NCBI GenBank assembly: GCA_964016885.1
Contig: OZ024746.1
Coordinates: 51,894,001 to 51,958,000, forward strand
DNA from: Eledone cirrhosa
Lineage: Eukaryota
Length of the DNA stretch: 64,000 nt
Direction: 5' to 3'
The notes below the pieces were generated by a model, which was not told the origin of the DNA, did no database searches, and saw nothing but the letters and a program-made list of their open reading frames with translations. Shown here piece by piece: positions 39,561 to 53,129 of this stretch. The translations under genes and the position numbers were made by a program. Positions within the stretch are counted from its first letter, which is position 1. The number at the start of each line of letters is the position of its first letter.

Positions 39561-42050
39561 GTCTGTTGTATGGTATGGAATTCTATGTATTGGGTATGTT
39601 ATACTTTGTATGGAGTAGTGTATGGTATAGAATGGTGTAAATAGGTGTGTGTTGTATGGTATGGAATTTTATGTATTAGTATGTTATACTGAGTATGGAG
39701 TAGTGTATGGTATAGAATGGTGTATATAGGTGTGTGTTGCATGGTATGGAATTCTCTGTATTGGGTATGTTATACTGAGTATGGAGTAGTGTATAGTATA
39801 GAATGGTGTATATAGGTGTGTGTTGTATGGTATGGAATTCTAAGTATTGGGTATGTTATACTGTGTATGGAGTAGTGTATGGTATAGAATGGTGTATATA
39901 GATGTGTGTTGCATGGTATCGAATTCTATGTATTGGGTATGTTATACTTTGTATGGAGTAGTGTAAGGTATAGAATGGTGTATATAGGTGTGTCTTGTAT
40001 GGTTAAGAATTCTATGTATTGGGTATGTTATACTTTGAATAGAGTAGTGTATGGTATAGAATGGTGTATATAGATGTGTGTTGTATGTTATGGAATTTTA
40101 TGTATTGGGAATGTTATACTTAATATGGAGTAGTGTATGGTATAGAATGCTCTATATATGTGTGTGTTGTATGGTATGGAATTATATGTATTGGGTATGT
40201 TATACTTAGTACGGAGTAGTGTATGGTATAGAATGGTGTATATAGCTGTGTGTTGTATGGTATGGAATTCTATGTATTGGGTATGTTATACTGAGTATGG
40301 AGAAGTGTATGGTATAGAATGGTGTATATAGGTGTGTGTTGTATGGTATGGAATTCTATGTATTGTTATGTTATACTGAGTATGGAGTAGTGTATGGTAT
40401 AGAATGGTGTATATAGGTGTGTGTTGTATGGTATGGAATTCTATGTATTAGGTATGTTATACTGAGTATTGAGTAGTGTATGGTATAGAATGGTGTATAT
40501 AGGTGTGTGTTGTATGGTATGGAATTCTATGTATTAGGTATGTTATACTGAGTATGGAGTAGTGTATGGTATAGAATGGTGTATATAGGTGTGTGTTGTA
40601 TGGTATGGAATTCTATGTATAGGGTATGTTATACTTTGTATGGAGTAGTGTATGGTATAGAATGGTGTATATAGGTGTGTGTTGTATGGTATAGAATTCT
40701 ATGTATTGGGTATGTTATACTTAGTATGGAGTAGTGTATGGCATAGACTGGTGTATATAGGTGTGTGTTGTATGGTATGGTATTCTATGTATTGGGTATG
40801 TTATACTGTGTATGGAGTAGTGTATGGTATAGAATGGTGTATATTGGTGTGTGTTGCATGGTATCGAATTCTATGTATTGGGTATGTTATACTTTGTATG
40901 GAGTAGTGTATGGTATAGAATGGTGTATATAGGTGTGTGTTGTATGGTATGGAATTCTATGTATTGGTTATGTTATACTTAGTATGGAGTAGTGTATGAC
41001 ATAGAATGGTGTATATAGGTGTGTGTTGTATGGTATGGAATTCTATGTATTGGGTATGTTATACTGTGTATGGAGTAGTGTATGGTATAGAATGGTGTAT
41101 ATAGGTGTGTCTTGTATGGTAAGGAATTCTATGTATTGTGTATAAGATATTTTGAATAGAGTAGTGTATGGTATAGAATGGTGTATATAGGTGTGTGTTG
41201 TATGGTATGGAATTCTATGTATTGGGTATGTTATACTGAGTATGGAGTAGTGTATGGTATAGAATGGTGTATATATGTGTGTGTTGTATGGTATGGAATT
41301 CTATGTATTGGGTATGTTATATTTTGTATGGTGTACTGTATGGTATAGAATGGTGTATATAGGTGTGTGTTGTATGGTATGGAATTCTATGTATTGGGTA
41401 TGTTATACTGAGTATGGAGTAGTGAATGGTATAGAATGGTGTATATAGGTGTGTGTTGTATGGTATGGAAATCTATGTATTGGGTATGTTATATATTGTA
41501 TGGTGTAGTGTATGGTATAGAATGGTGTATATAGGTGTGTGTTCTATGGTATGGAATTCTATGTATTGTTATGTTATACTGAGTATCGAGTAGTGTATGG
41601 TATAGAATAGTGTATATAGGTGTGTGTTGTATGGTATGGAATTCTATGTATTGGGTATGTTTTACTTAGTATGGAGTAGTGTATGGCATATAATGGTGTA
41701 TATAGGTGTGTGTTGTATGGTATGGAATTCTATGTATTGGGTATGTTATACTGAGTATGGAGTAGTGTATAGTATAGAATAGTGTATATAGGTGTGTGTT
41801 GTATGTTATGGAATTCTAAGTATTGGGTATGTTATACTGTGTATAGAGTAGTGTATGGTATAGAATGGTGTATATAGATGTGTGTTGCATGGTATCGAAT
41901 TCTATGTATTGGGTATGTTATACTTTTTATGGAGTAGAGTATGGTATAGAATGGTGTATATAGGTGTGTCTTGTATGGTAAGGAATTCTATGTATTGGGT
42001 ATGTTATACTTTGAATAGAGTAGTGTATGGTATAGAATGGTGTATATAGG
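39300..42050 (+). repeat. Block copy of ~31230-33970 at offset 8076 bp (94 monomers)
   Basis: Shared rare variants GGGAATGTT, GTGTAAATAGG, GGTGTACTGT and ATAAGATATTTTG (33070 vs 41146). Identical ORF translations at 32603 and 40679. Confidence 0.88.
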
Positions 42051-45000
42051 TGTGTGTTGTATGGTATGGAATTCTATGTATTGGGTATGTTATACTGAGT
42101 ATGGAGTAGTGTATGGTATAGTATGGTGTATATAGGTGTGTGTTGTATGGTATGGAATTCTATGTATTGGGTATGTTTTACTTAGTATGGAGTAGTGTAT
42201 GGCGTAGAATGGTGTATATAGGTGTGTGTTGTACGGTATCGAATTCTATGTATTGGGTATGTTATAGTTAGTATGGAGTAGTGTATGGCATAGAATGGTG
42301 AATATAGGTATCTGTTGTATGGTATGGAATTCTATGTATTGGGTATGTTATACTTTCTATGGAGTAGTGTATGGTATAGAATGGTGTATATAGGTGTGTG
42401 TTGTATGGTATGGAATTCTATGTATTAGGTATGTTATACTGAGTATGGAGTCGTGTATGGTATAGAATGGTGTATATAGGTGTGTGTTGTATGGTATGGA
42501 ATTCTATGAATTGGGTATGTTATATTTAGTATGGAGTAGTGTATGGTATAGAATGGTGTATATAAGTGTGTGTTGTATGTTATGGAATTCTATGTATTAG
42601 TATGTTATAATGAGTATGGAGTAGTGTATGGTATAGAATGGTGTATATAGGTGTGTGTTGTATGGTATGGAATTCTATGAATTGGGTATGTTATATTTAG
42701 TATAGAGTAGTGTATGGTATAGACTGGTGTATATAGGTGTGTGTTGTATGGTATGGAATTCTATGTATTGGTTATGTTATATTTAGTATGGAGTAGTGTA
42801 TGGCATAGAATGGTGTATATAGGTGTGTGTTGTATGGTATGGAATGCTATGTATTGGGTATGTTATACTTTGTATTGAGTAGTGTATGGTATAGAATGGT
42901 GTATATAGATGTGTGTTGTATGGTATGGAATTCTATGTATTGGATATGTTTTACTTAGTATGGAGTAGTGTATGGCATAGAATGGTGTATATAGGTGTGT
43001 GTTGTACGGTATGGAATTCTATGTATTGGGTATGTTATACTTAGTATGGAGTAGTGTATGGTATAGAATGGTGTATATGGGTGTGTGTTGTATGGTATGG
43101 AATTCTATGTATTAGGTATGTTATACTGAATATGGAGTAGTGTATGGTATAGAATGGTGTATATAGGCGTGTGTTGTATGGTATGGAATTCTATGAATTG
43201 GGTATGTTATATTTAGTATGGAGTAGTGTATGGTATAGAATGGTGTATATAGGTGTGTGTTGTATGTTATGGAATTCTATGTATTAGTATGTTATACTGA
43301 GTATGGAGTAGTGTATGGTATAGAATGGTGTATATAGGTGTGTGTTGTATGGTATGGAATTCTAAGTATTGGGTATGTTATACTGTGTATGGAGTAGTGT
43401 ATGGTATAGAATGGTGTATATAGATGTGTGTTGCATGGTATCGAATTCTATATATTGGTTATGTTATACTTTGTATGGAGTAGTGTATGGTATAGAATGG
43501 TGTATATAGGTGTGTCTTGTAGGGTTAAGAATTCTATGTATTGGGTATGTTATACTTTGAATAGAGTAGTGTATGATATAGAATGGTGTATATAGATGTG
43601 TGTTGTATGTTATGGAATTTTATGTATTGGGTATGTTATACTTAATATGGAGTAGTGTATGGTATAGAATGCTCTATATATGTGTGTGTTGTATGGTATG
43701 GAATTATATGTATTGTGTATGTTATACTTAGTACGGAGTAGTGTATGGTATAGAATGGTGTATATAGCTGTGTGTTGTATGGTATGGTATTCTATGTATT
43801 GGGTATGTTATACTGAGTATGGAGTAGTGTATGGTATAGAATGGTGTATATAGGTGTGTGTTGTATGGTATGGAATTCTATGTATTGTTATGTTATACTG
43901 AGTATGGAGTAGTGTATGGTATAGAATGGTGTGTATAGGTGTGTGTTGTATGGTATGGAATTCTATGTATTGGGTATGTTATACTGAGTATGGAGTAGTG
44001 TATGGTATTGAATGGTGTATATAGGTGTGTGTTGTATGGTATGGAATTCTATGTATTAGGTATGTTATACTGAGTATGGAGTAGTGTATGGTATAGAATG
44101 GTGTATATAGATGTGTGTTGTATGGTATGGAATTCTATGTATAGGGTATGTTATACTTTGTATGGAGTATTGTATGGTATAGAATGGTGTATATAGGTGT
44201 GTCTTGTATGGTTAAGAATTGTATGTATTGGGTATGTTATACTTAGTATGGTGTAGTGTATGGCATAGACTGGTGTATATAGGTGTGTGTTGTATGGTAT
44301 GGTATTCTATGTATTGGGTATGTTATACTTTGTATGGAGTAGTGTATGGTATAGAATGGTGTATATAGGTGTGTGTTGTATGGTATGGAATTCTATGTAT
44401 TGGTTATGTTATACTTAGTATGGAGTAGTGTATGACATAGAATGGTGTATATAGGTGTGTGTTGTATGGTATGGAATTCTATGTATTGGGTATGTTATAC
44501 TGTGTATGGAGTAGTGTATGGTATAGAATGGTGTATATAGGTGTGTCTTGTATGGTAAGGAATTCTATGTATTGGGTATAAGATACTTTGAATAGAGTAG
44601 TGTATGGTATAGAATGGTGTATATAGGTGTGTGTTGTATGGTATGGAATTCTATGTATTGGGTATGTTATACTGAATATGGAGTAGTGTATGGTATAGAA
44701 TGGTGTATATAGGTGTGTGTTGTATGGTATGGAATTCTATGTATTGGGTATGTTATATTTTGTATCGTGTAGTGTATGGTATAGAATGGTGTATATAGGT
44801 GTGTGTTGTATGGTATGGAATTCTATGTATTGGGTATGTTATACTGAGTATGGAGTAGTGAATGGTATAGAATGGTGTATATAGGTGTGTGTTGTATGGT
44901 ATGGAAATTTATGTATTGGGTATGTTATATTTTGTATGGTGTAGTGTATGGTATAGAATGGTGTATATAGGTGTGTGTTGTATGGTATGGAATTCTATGT

Positions 45001-48000
45001 ATTGTTATGTTATACTGAGTATCGAGTAGTGTATGGTATAGAATAGTGTATATAGGTGTGTGTTGTATGGTATGGAATTCTATGTATTGGGTATGTTTTA
45101 CTTAGTATGGAGTAGTGTATGGCATATAATGGTGTATATAGGTGTGTGTTGTATGGTATGGAATTCTATGTATTGGGTATGTTATACTGAGTATGGAGTA
45201 GTGTATAGTATAGAATAATGTATATAGGTGTGTGTTGTATGTTATGGAATTCTAAGTATTGGGTATGTTATACTGTGTATAGAGTAGTGTATGGTATAGA
45301 ATGGTGTATATAGATGTGTGTTGCATGGTATCGAATTCTATGTATTGGGTATGTTATACTTTTTATGGAGTGGAGTATGGTATAGAATGGTGTATATAGG
45401 TGTGTCTTGTATGGTAAGGAATTCTATGTATTGGGTATGTTATACTTTGAATAGTGTTGTGTATGGTATATAATGGTGTATATAGATGTGTGTTGTATGG
45501 TATGGAATTTTATGTATTGTGTATGTTATACTTAATATGGAGTAGTGTATGGTATAGCATGCTGTATATATGTGTGTGTTGTATGGTATGGAATTCTATG
45601 TATTGGGTATGTTATACTTAGTATGGAGTAGTGTATGGTATAGAATGGTGTATATAGGTGTGTGTTGTATGGTATGGAATTCTATGTATTGGTATGTTAT
45701 ATTTTGCATGGTGTAGTGTATGGTATAGAATGGTGTATATAGGTATGTGTTGTATGGTATGGAATTCTATGTATTGTTATGTTATACTGAGTATGGAGTA
45801 GTGTATGGTATAGAATGGTGTATATAGGTGTGTGTTGTATGGTATGGAATTCTATGTATTGGGTATGTTTTACTTAGTATGGAGTAGTGTATGGCGTAGA
45901 ATGGTGTATATAGGTGTGTGTTGTACGGTATCGAATTCTATGTATTGGGTATGTTATAGTTAGTATGGAGTAGTGTATGGCATAGAATGGTGAATATAGG
46001 TGTCTGTTGTATGGTATGGAATTCTATGTATTGGGTATGTTATACTTTCTATGGAGTAGTGTATGGTATAGAATGGTGTATATAGGTGTGTGTTGTATGG
46101 TATGGAATTCTATGTATTAGGTATGTTATACTGAGTATGGAGTAGTGTATGGTATAGAATGGTGTATATAGGTGTGTGTTGTATGGTATGGAATTCTATG
46201 AATTGGGTATGTTATATTTAGTATGGAGTAGTGTATAGTATAGAATGGTGTATATAGGTGTGTGTTGTATGTTATGGAATTCTATGTATTAGTATGTTAT
46301 AATGAGTATGGAGTAGTGTATGGTATAGAATGGTGTATATAGGTGTGTGTTGTATGGTATGGAATTCTATGAATTGAGTATGTTATATTTAGTATAGAGT
46401 AGTGTATGGTATAGACTGGTGTATATAGTTGTGTGTTGTATGGTATGGAATTCTATGTATTGGTTATGTTATATTTAGTATGGAGTAGTGTATGGCATAG
46501 AATGGTGTATATAGGTGTGTGTTGTATGGTATGGAATGCTATGTATTGGGTATGTTATACTTTGTATTGAGTAGTGTATGGTATAGAATGGTGTATATAG
46601 GTGTGTGTTGTATGGTATGGAATTCTATGTATTGGGTATGTTATACTTTGTATGGAGTAGTGTATGGTATAGAATGGTGTGTATGGGTGTGTGTTGTATG
46701 GTATGGAATTCTATGTATTAGGTATGTTATACTGAATATGGAGTAGTGTATGGTATAGAATGGTGTATATAGGTGTGCTTTGTATGGTATGGAATTCTAT
46801 GAATTGGGTATGTTATATTTAGTATGGAGTAGTGTATGGTATAGAATGGTGTATATAGGTGTGTGTTGTATGTTATGGAATTCTATGTATTAGTATGTTA
46901 TACTGAGTATGGAGTAGTGTATGGTATAGAATGGTGTATATAGGTGTGTGTTGTATGGTATGGAATTCTATGTATTGGGTATGTTTTACTTAGTATGGAG
47001 TAGTGTATGGCATAGAATGGTGTATATAGGTGTGTGTTGTATGGTATGGAATTCTATGTATTGGGTATATTATACTTTGTATGGAGTAGTGTATGGTATA
47101 GAATGGTGTATATGGGTGTGTGTTGTATGGTATGGAATTCTATGTATTAGGTATGTTATACTGAGTATGGAGTAGTGTATGGTATAGAATGGTGTATATA
47201 GATGTGTGTTGTATGGTATGGAATTCTAAGTATTGGGTATGTTATACTGTGTATGGAGTAGTGTATGGTATAGAATGGTGTGTCTTGTAGGGTTAAGAAT
47301 TCTATGTATTGGGTATGTTATACTTTGAATAGAGTAGTGTATGGTATAGAATGGTGTATATAGATGTGTGTAGTATGTTATGGAATTTTATGTATTGGGT
47401 ATCTTATACTTAATATGGAGTAGTGTATGGTATAGAATGCTCTATATATGTGTGTGTTGTATGGTATGGAATTATATGTATTGTGTATGTTATACTTAGT
47501 ACGGAGTAGTGTATGGTATAGAATGGTGTATATAGCTGTGTGTTGTATGGTATGGAATTCTATGTATTGGGTATGTTATACTGAGTATGGAGTAGTGTAT
47601 GGTATAGAATGGTGTATATAGGTGTGTGTTGTATGGTATGGAATTCTATGTATTGTTATGTTATACTGAGTATGGAGTAGTGTATGGTATATAATGGTGT
47701 GTATAGGTGTGTGTTGTATGGTATGGAATTCTATGTATTGGGTATGTTATACTGAGTATGGAGTATTGTATGGTATAGAATGGTGTATATAGGTGTGTGT
47801 TGTATGGTATGGAATTCTATGTATTAGGTATGTTATACTGAGTATGGAGTAGTGTATGGTATAGAATGGTGTATATAGGTGTGTGTTGTATGGTATGGAA
47901 TTCTATGTATTTGGTATGTTATACTGAGTATGGAGTAGTGTATGGTATAGAATGGTGTATATAGGTGTGTGTTGTATGGTATGGAATTCTATGTATTGGG

Positions 48001-51000
48001 CATGTCATATTTTGTATGGTGTAGTGTATGGTATAGAACGGTGTATATAGGTGTGTGTTGTATGGTATGGAATTCTATGTATCGTTATGTTATACTGAGT
48101 ATGGAGTAGTGTATGGTATAGAATGGTGTATATAGGTGTGTGTTGTATGGTATGGAATTCTATGTATTGGGTATGTTTTACTTAGTAAGGAGTAGTGTAT
48201 GGCATAGAATGGTGTATATAGGTGTGTGTTGTACGGTATGGAATTATATGTATTGGGTATGTTATACTTAGTATGGAGTAGTGTATGGCATAGAATGGTG
48301 TATATAGGTGTGTGTTGTATGGTATGGAATTCTATGTATTGGGTATGTTATACTTTGTATGGAGTAGTGTATGGTATAGAATGGTGTATATGGGTGTGTG
48401 TTGTATGGTATGGAATTCTATGTATTAGGTATGTTATACTGAGTATGGAGTAGTGTATGGTATAAAATGGTGTATATAGGTGTGTGTTGTATGGTATGGA
48501 ATTCTATGAATTGGGTATGTTATATTTAGTATGGAGTAGTGTATGGTATAGAATGGTGTATATAGGCGTGTGTTGTATGTTATGGAATTCTATGTATTAG
48601 TATGTTATACTGAGTATGGAGTAGTGTATGGTATAGAATGGTGTATATAGGTGTGTGTTGTATGGTATGGAATTCTATGAATTGGGTATGTTATATTTAG
48701 TATAGAGTAGTGTATGGTATAGACTGGTGTATATAGGTGTGTGTTGTATGGTATGGAATTCTAAGTATTGGGTATGTTATACTGTGTATGGAGTAGTGTA
48801 TGGTATAGAATGGTGTATATAGATGTGTGTTGCATGGTATGGAATTCTATGTATTGGGTATGTTATATTTTGTATGGTGTAGTGTATGGTATAGAATGGT
48901 GTATGTAGGTGTGTGTTGTATGGTATGGAATTCTATGTATTGTTATGTTATACTGAGTATGGAGTAGTGTATGGTATAGAATGGTGTATATAGGTGTGTG
49001 TTGTATGGTATGGAATTCTATGTATTGGGTATATTTTACTTAGTATGGAGTAGTGTATGGCATAGAATGGTGTATATAGGTGTGTGTTGTATGGTATGGA
49101 ATTCTTGTATTGGGTATATTATACTTTGTATGGAGTAGTGTACGGTATAGAATGGTGTATATAGGTGTGTGTTGTATGGTATGGAATTCTATGTATTGGG
49201 TATATTTTACTGAGTATGGAGTAGTGTATGGTATAGAATGGTGTATATAGGTGTGTGTTGTATGGTATGGAATTCTAAGTATTGAGTATGTTATATGTGT
49301 ATGGAGTAGTGTATGGTATAGAATGGTGTATATAGGTGTGCTTGTATGGTTAAGAATTCTATGTATTGGGTATGTTATACTTTGAATAGAGTAGTGTATG
49401 GTATAGAATGGTGTATATAGATGTGTGTTGTATGTTATGGAATTTTAAGTATTGGGTATGTTATACTTAATATGGAGTAGTGTATGGTATAGAATGCTCT
49501 ATATATGTGTGTGTTGCATGGTATGGAATTATATGTATTGGGTATGTTATACTTAGTACGGAGTAGTGTATGGTATAGAATGGTGTATATAGCTGTGTGT
49601 TGTATGGTATGGAATTCTATGTATTGGGTATGTTATACTGAGTATGGAGTAGTGTATGGTATAGAATGGTGTATATAGGTGTGTGTTGTATGGTATGGAA
49701 TTCTATGTATTGTTATGTTATACTGAGTATGGAGTAGTGTAAGGTATAGAATGGTGTATATAGGTGTGTGTTGTATGGTATGGAATTCTATGTATTGGGT
49801 ATGTTTTACTTAATATGGAGTAGTGTATGGCATAGAATGGTGTATATATGTGTGTGTTGTATGGTATGGAATTCTATATATTGGGTATATTATACTTTGT
49901 ATGGAGTAGTGTATGGTATAGAATGGTGTATATAGGTGTGTGTTGTATGGTATGGAATTCTATGTATTAGGTATGTTATACTGAGTATGGAGTAGTGTAT
50001 GGTATAGAATGGTGTATATAGGTGTGTGTTGTATGGTATGAAATTCTATGTATTAGGTATGTTATACTGAGTATGGAGTAGTGTATGGTATAGAATGGTG
50101 TATATAGGTGTGTGTTGTATGGTATGGAATTCTATGTATAGGGTATGTTATACTTTGTATGGAGTAGTGTATGGTATAGAATGGTGTATATAGGTGTGTG
50201 TCGTATGGTATAGAATTCTATGTATTGGGTATGTTATACTTAGTATGGAGTAGTGTATGGCATAGACTGGTGTATATAGGTGTGTGTTGTATGGTATGGT
50301 ATTCTATGTATTGGGTATGTTATACTGTGTATGGGGTAGTGTATGGTATAGAATGGTGTATATAGGTGTGTGTTGCATGGTATCGAATTCTATGTATTGG
50401 GTATGTTATACTTTGTATGGGGTAGTGTATGGTATAGAATGGGGTATATAGGTGTGTGTTGTATGGTATGGAATTCTATGTATTGGTTATGTTATACTTA
50501 GTATGGAGTAGTGTATGGCATAGAATGGTGTATATAGGTGTGTGTTGTATGGTATGGAATTCTATGTATTGGGTATGTTATACTGTGTATGGAGTAGTGT
50601 ATGGTATAGAATGGTGTATATAGCTGTGTCTTGTATGGTAAGGAATTCTATGTATTGGGTATAAGATACTTTGAATAGAGTAGTGTATGGTATAGAATGG
50701 TGTATATAGATGTGTTTTGTATGGTATGGAATTTTATGTATTGGGTATGTTATACTTAATATGGAGTAGTGTATGGTATAGAATGCTCTATATATGTTTG
50801 TGTTGTATGGTATGGAATTATATGTATTGGGTATGTTATACTTAGTATGGAGTAGTGTATGGTATAGTATGGTGTATATAGGTGTGTGTTGTATGGTATG
50901 GAATTCTATGTATTGGGTATGTTATACTGAGTATGGAGTAGTGAATGGTATAGAATGGTGTATATAGGTGTGTGTTGTATGGTATGGAAATCTATGTATT

Positions 51001-53129
51001 GGGTATGTTATATTTTGTATGGTGTAGTGTATGGTATAGAATGGTGTATATAGGTGTGTGTTCTATGGTTTGGAATTCTATGTATTGTTATGTTATACTG
51101 AGTATGGAGTAGTGTATGGTATAGAATGGTGTATATAGGTGTGTGTTGTATGGTATGGCATTCTATGTATTGGGTATGTTTTACTTAGTAAGGAGTAGTG
51201 TATGGCATAGAATGGTGTATATAGGTGTGTGTTGTATGGTATGGAATTCTATGTATTGGGTATATTATACTTTGTATGGAGTAGTGTATGGTATAGAATG
51301 GTGTATATAGGTGTGTGTTGTATGGTATGGAATTCTATGTATTAGGTATGTTATACTGAGTAAGGAGTAGTGTATGGTATAGAATGGTGTATATAGGTGT
51401 GTGTTGTATGGTATGGAATTCTATGTATTGGGTATGTTATACTGAGTATGGAGTAGTGAATGGTATAGAATGGTGTATATAGGTGTGTGTTGTATGGTAT
51501 GGAAATCTATGTATTGGGTATGTTATATTTTGTATGGTGTAGTGTATGGTATAGAATGGTGTATATAGGTATGTGTTGTACGGTATGGAATTCTATGTAT
51601 TGGGTATGTTATAGTTAGTATGGAGTAGTGTATGGCATAGAATGGTGTATATAGGTGTCTGTTGTATGGTATGGAATTCTATGTATTGGGTATGTTATAC
51701 TTTGTATGGAGTAGTGTATGGTATAGAATGGTGTAAATAGGTGTGTGTTGTATGGTATGGAATTCTATGTATTAGTATGTTATACTGAGTATGGAGTAGT
51801 GTATGGTATAGAATGGTGTATATAGGTGTGTGTTGTATGGTATGGAATTCTATGTATTAGGTATGTTATACTGAGTATTGAGTAGTGTATGGTATAGAAT
51901 GGTGTATATAGGTGTGTGTTGTATGGTATGGAATTCTATGTATTAGGTATGTTATACTGAGTATGGAGTAGTGTATGGTATAGAATGGTGTATATAGGTG
52001 TGTGTTGTATGGTATGGAATTCTATGTATAGGGTATGTTATACTTTGTATGGAGTAGTGTATGGTATAGAATGGTGTATATAGGTGTGTGTTGTATGGTA
52101 TAGAATTCTATGTATTGGGTATGTTATACTTAGTATGGAGTAGTGTATGGCATAGACTGGTGTATATAGGTGTGTGTTGTATGGTATGGTATTCTATGTA
52201 TTGGGTATGTTATACTGTGTATGGAGTAGTGTATGGTATAGAATGGTGTATATTGGTGTGTGTTGCATGGTATCGAATTCTATGTATTGGGTATGTTATA
52301 CTTTGTATGGAGTAGTGTATGGTATAGAATGGTGTATATAGGTGTGTGTTATATGGTATGGAATTCTATGTATTGGTTATGTTATACTTAGTATGGAGTA
52401 GTGTATGACATAGAATGGTGTATATAGGTGTGTGTTGTATGGTATGGAATTCTATGTATTGGGTATGTTATACTGTGTATGGAGTAGTGTATGGTATAGA
52501 ATGGTGTATATAGGTGTGTCTTGTATGGTAAGGAATTCTATGTATTGTGTATAAGATACTTTGAATAGAGTAGTGTATGGTATAGAATGGTGTATATAGG
52601 TGTGTGTTGTATGGTATGGAATTGTATGTATTGGGTATGTTATACTGAGTATGGAGTAGTGTATGGTATAGAATGGTGTATATATGTGTGTGTTGTATGG
52701 TATGGAATTCTATGTATTGGGTATGTTATATTTTGTATGGTGTACTGTATGGTATAGAATGGTGTATATAGGTGTGTGTTGTATGGTATGGAATTCTATG
52801 TATTGGGTATGTTATACTGAGTATGGAGTAGTGAATGGTATAGAATGGTGTATATAGGTGTGTGTTGTATGGTATGGAAATCTATGTATTGGGTATGTTA
52901 TATTTTGTATGGTGTAGTGTATGGTATAGAATGGTGTATATAGGTGTGTGTTGTATGGTATGGAATTCTATGTATTGTTATGTTATACTGAGTATCGAGT
53001 AGTGTATGGTATAGAATAGTGTATATAGGTGTGTGTTGTATGGTATGGAATTCTATGTATTGGGTATGTTTTACTTAGTATGGAGTAGTGTATGGCATAT
53101 AATGGTGTATATAGGTGTGTGTTGTATGG

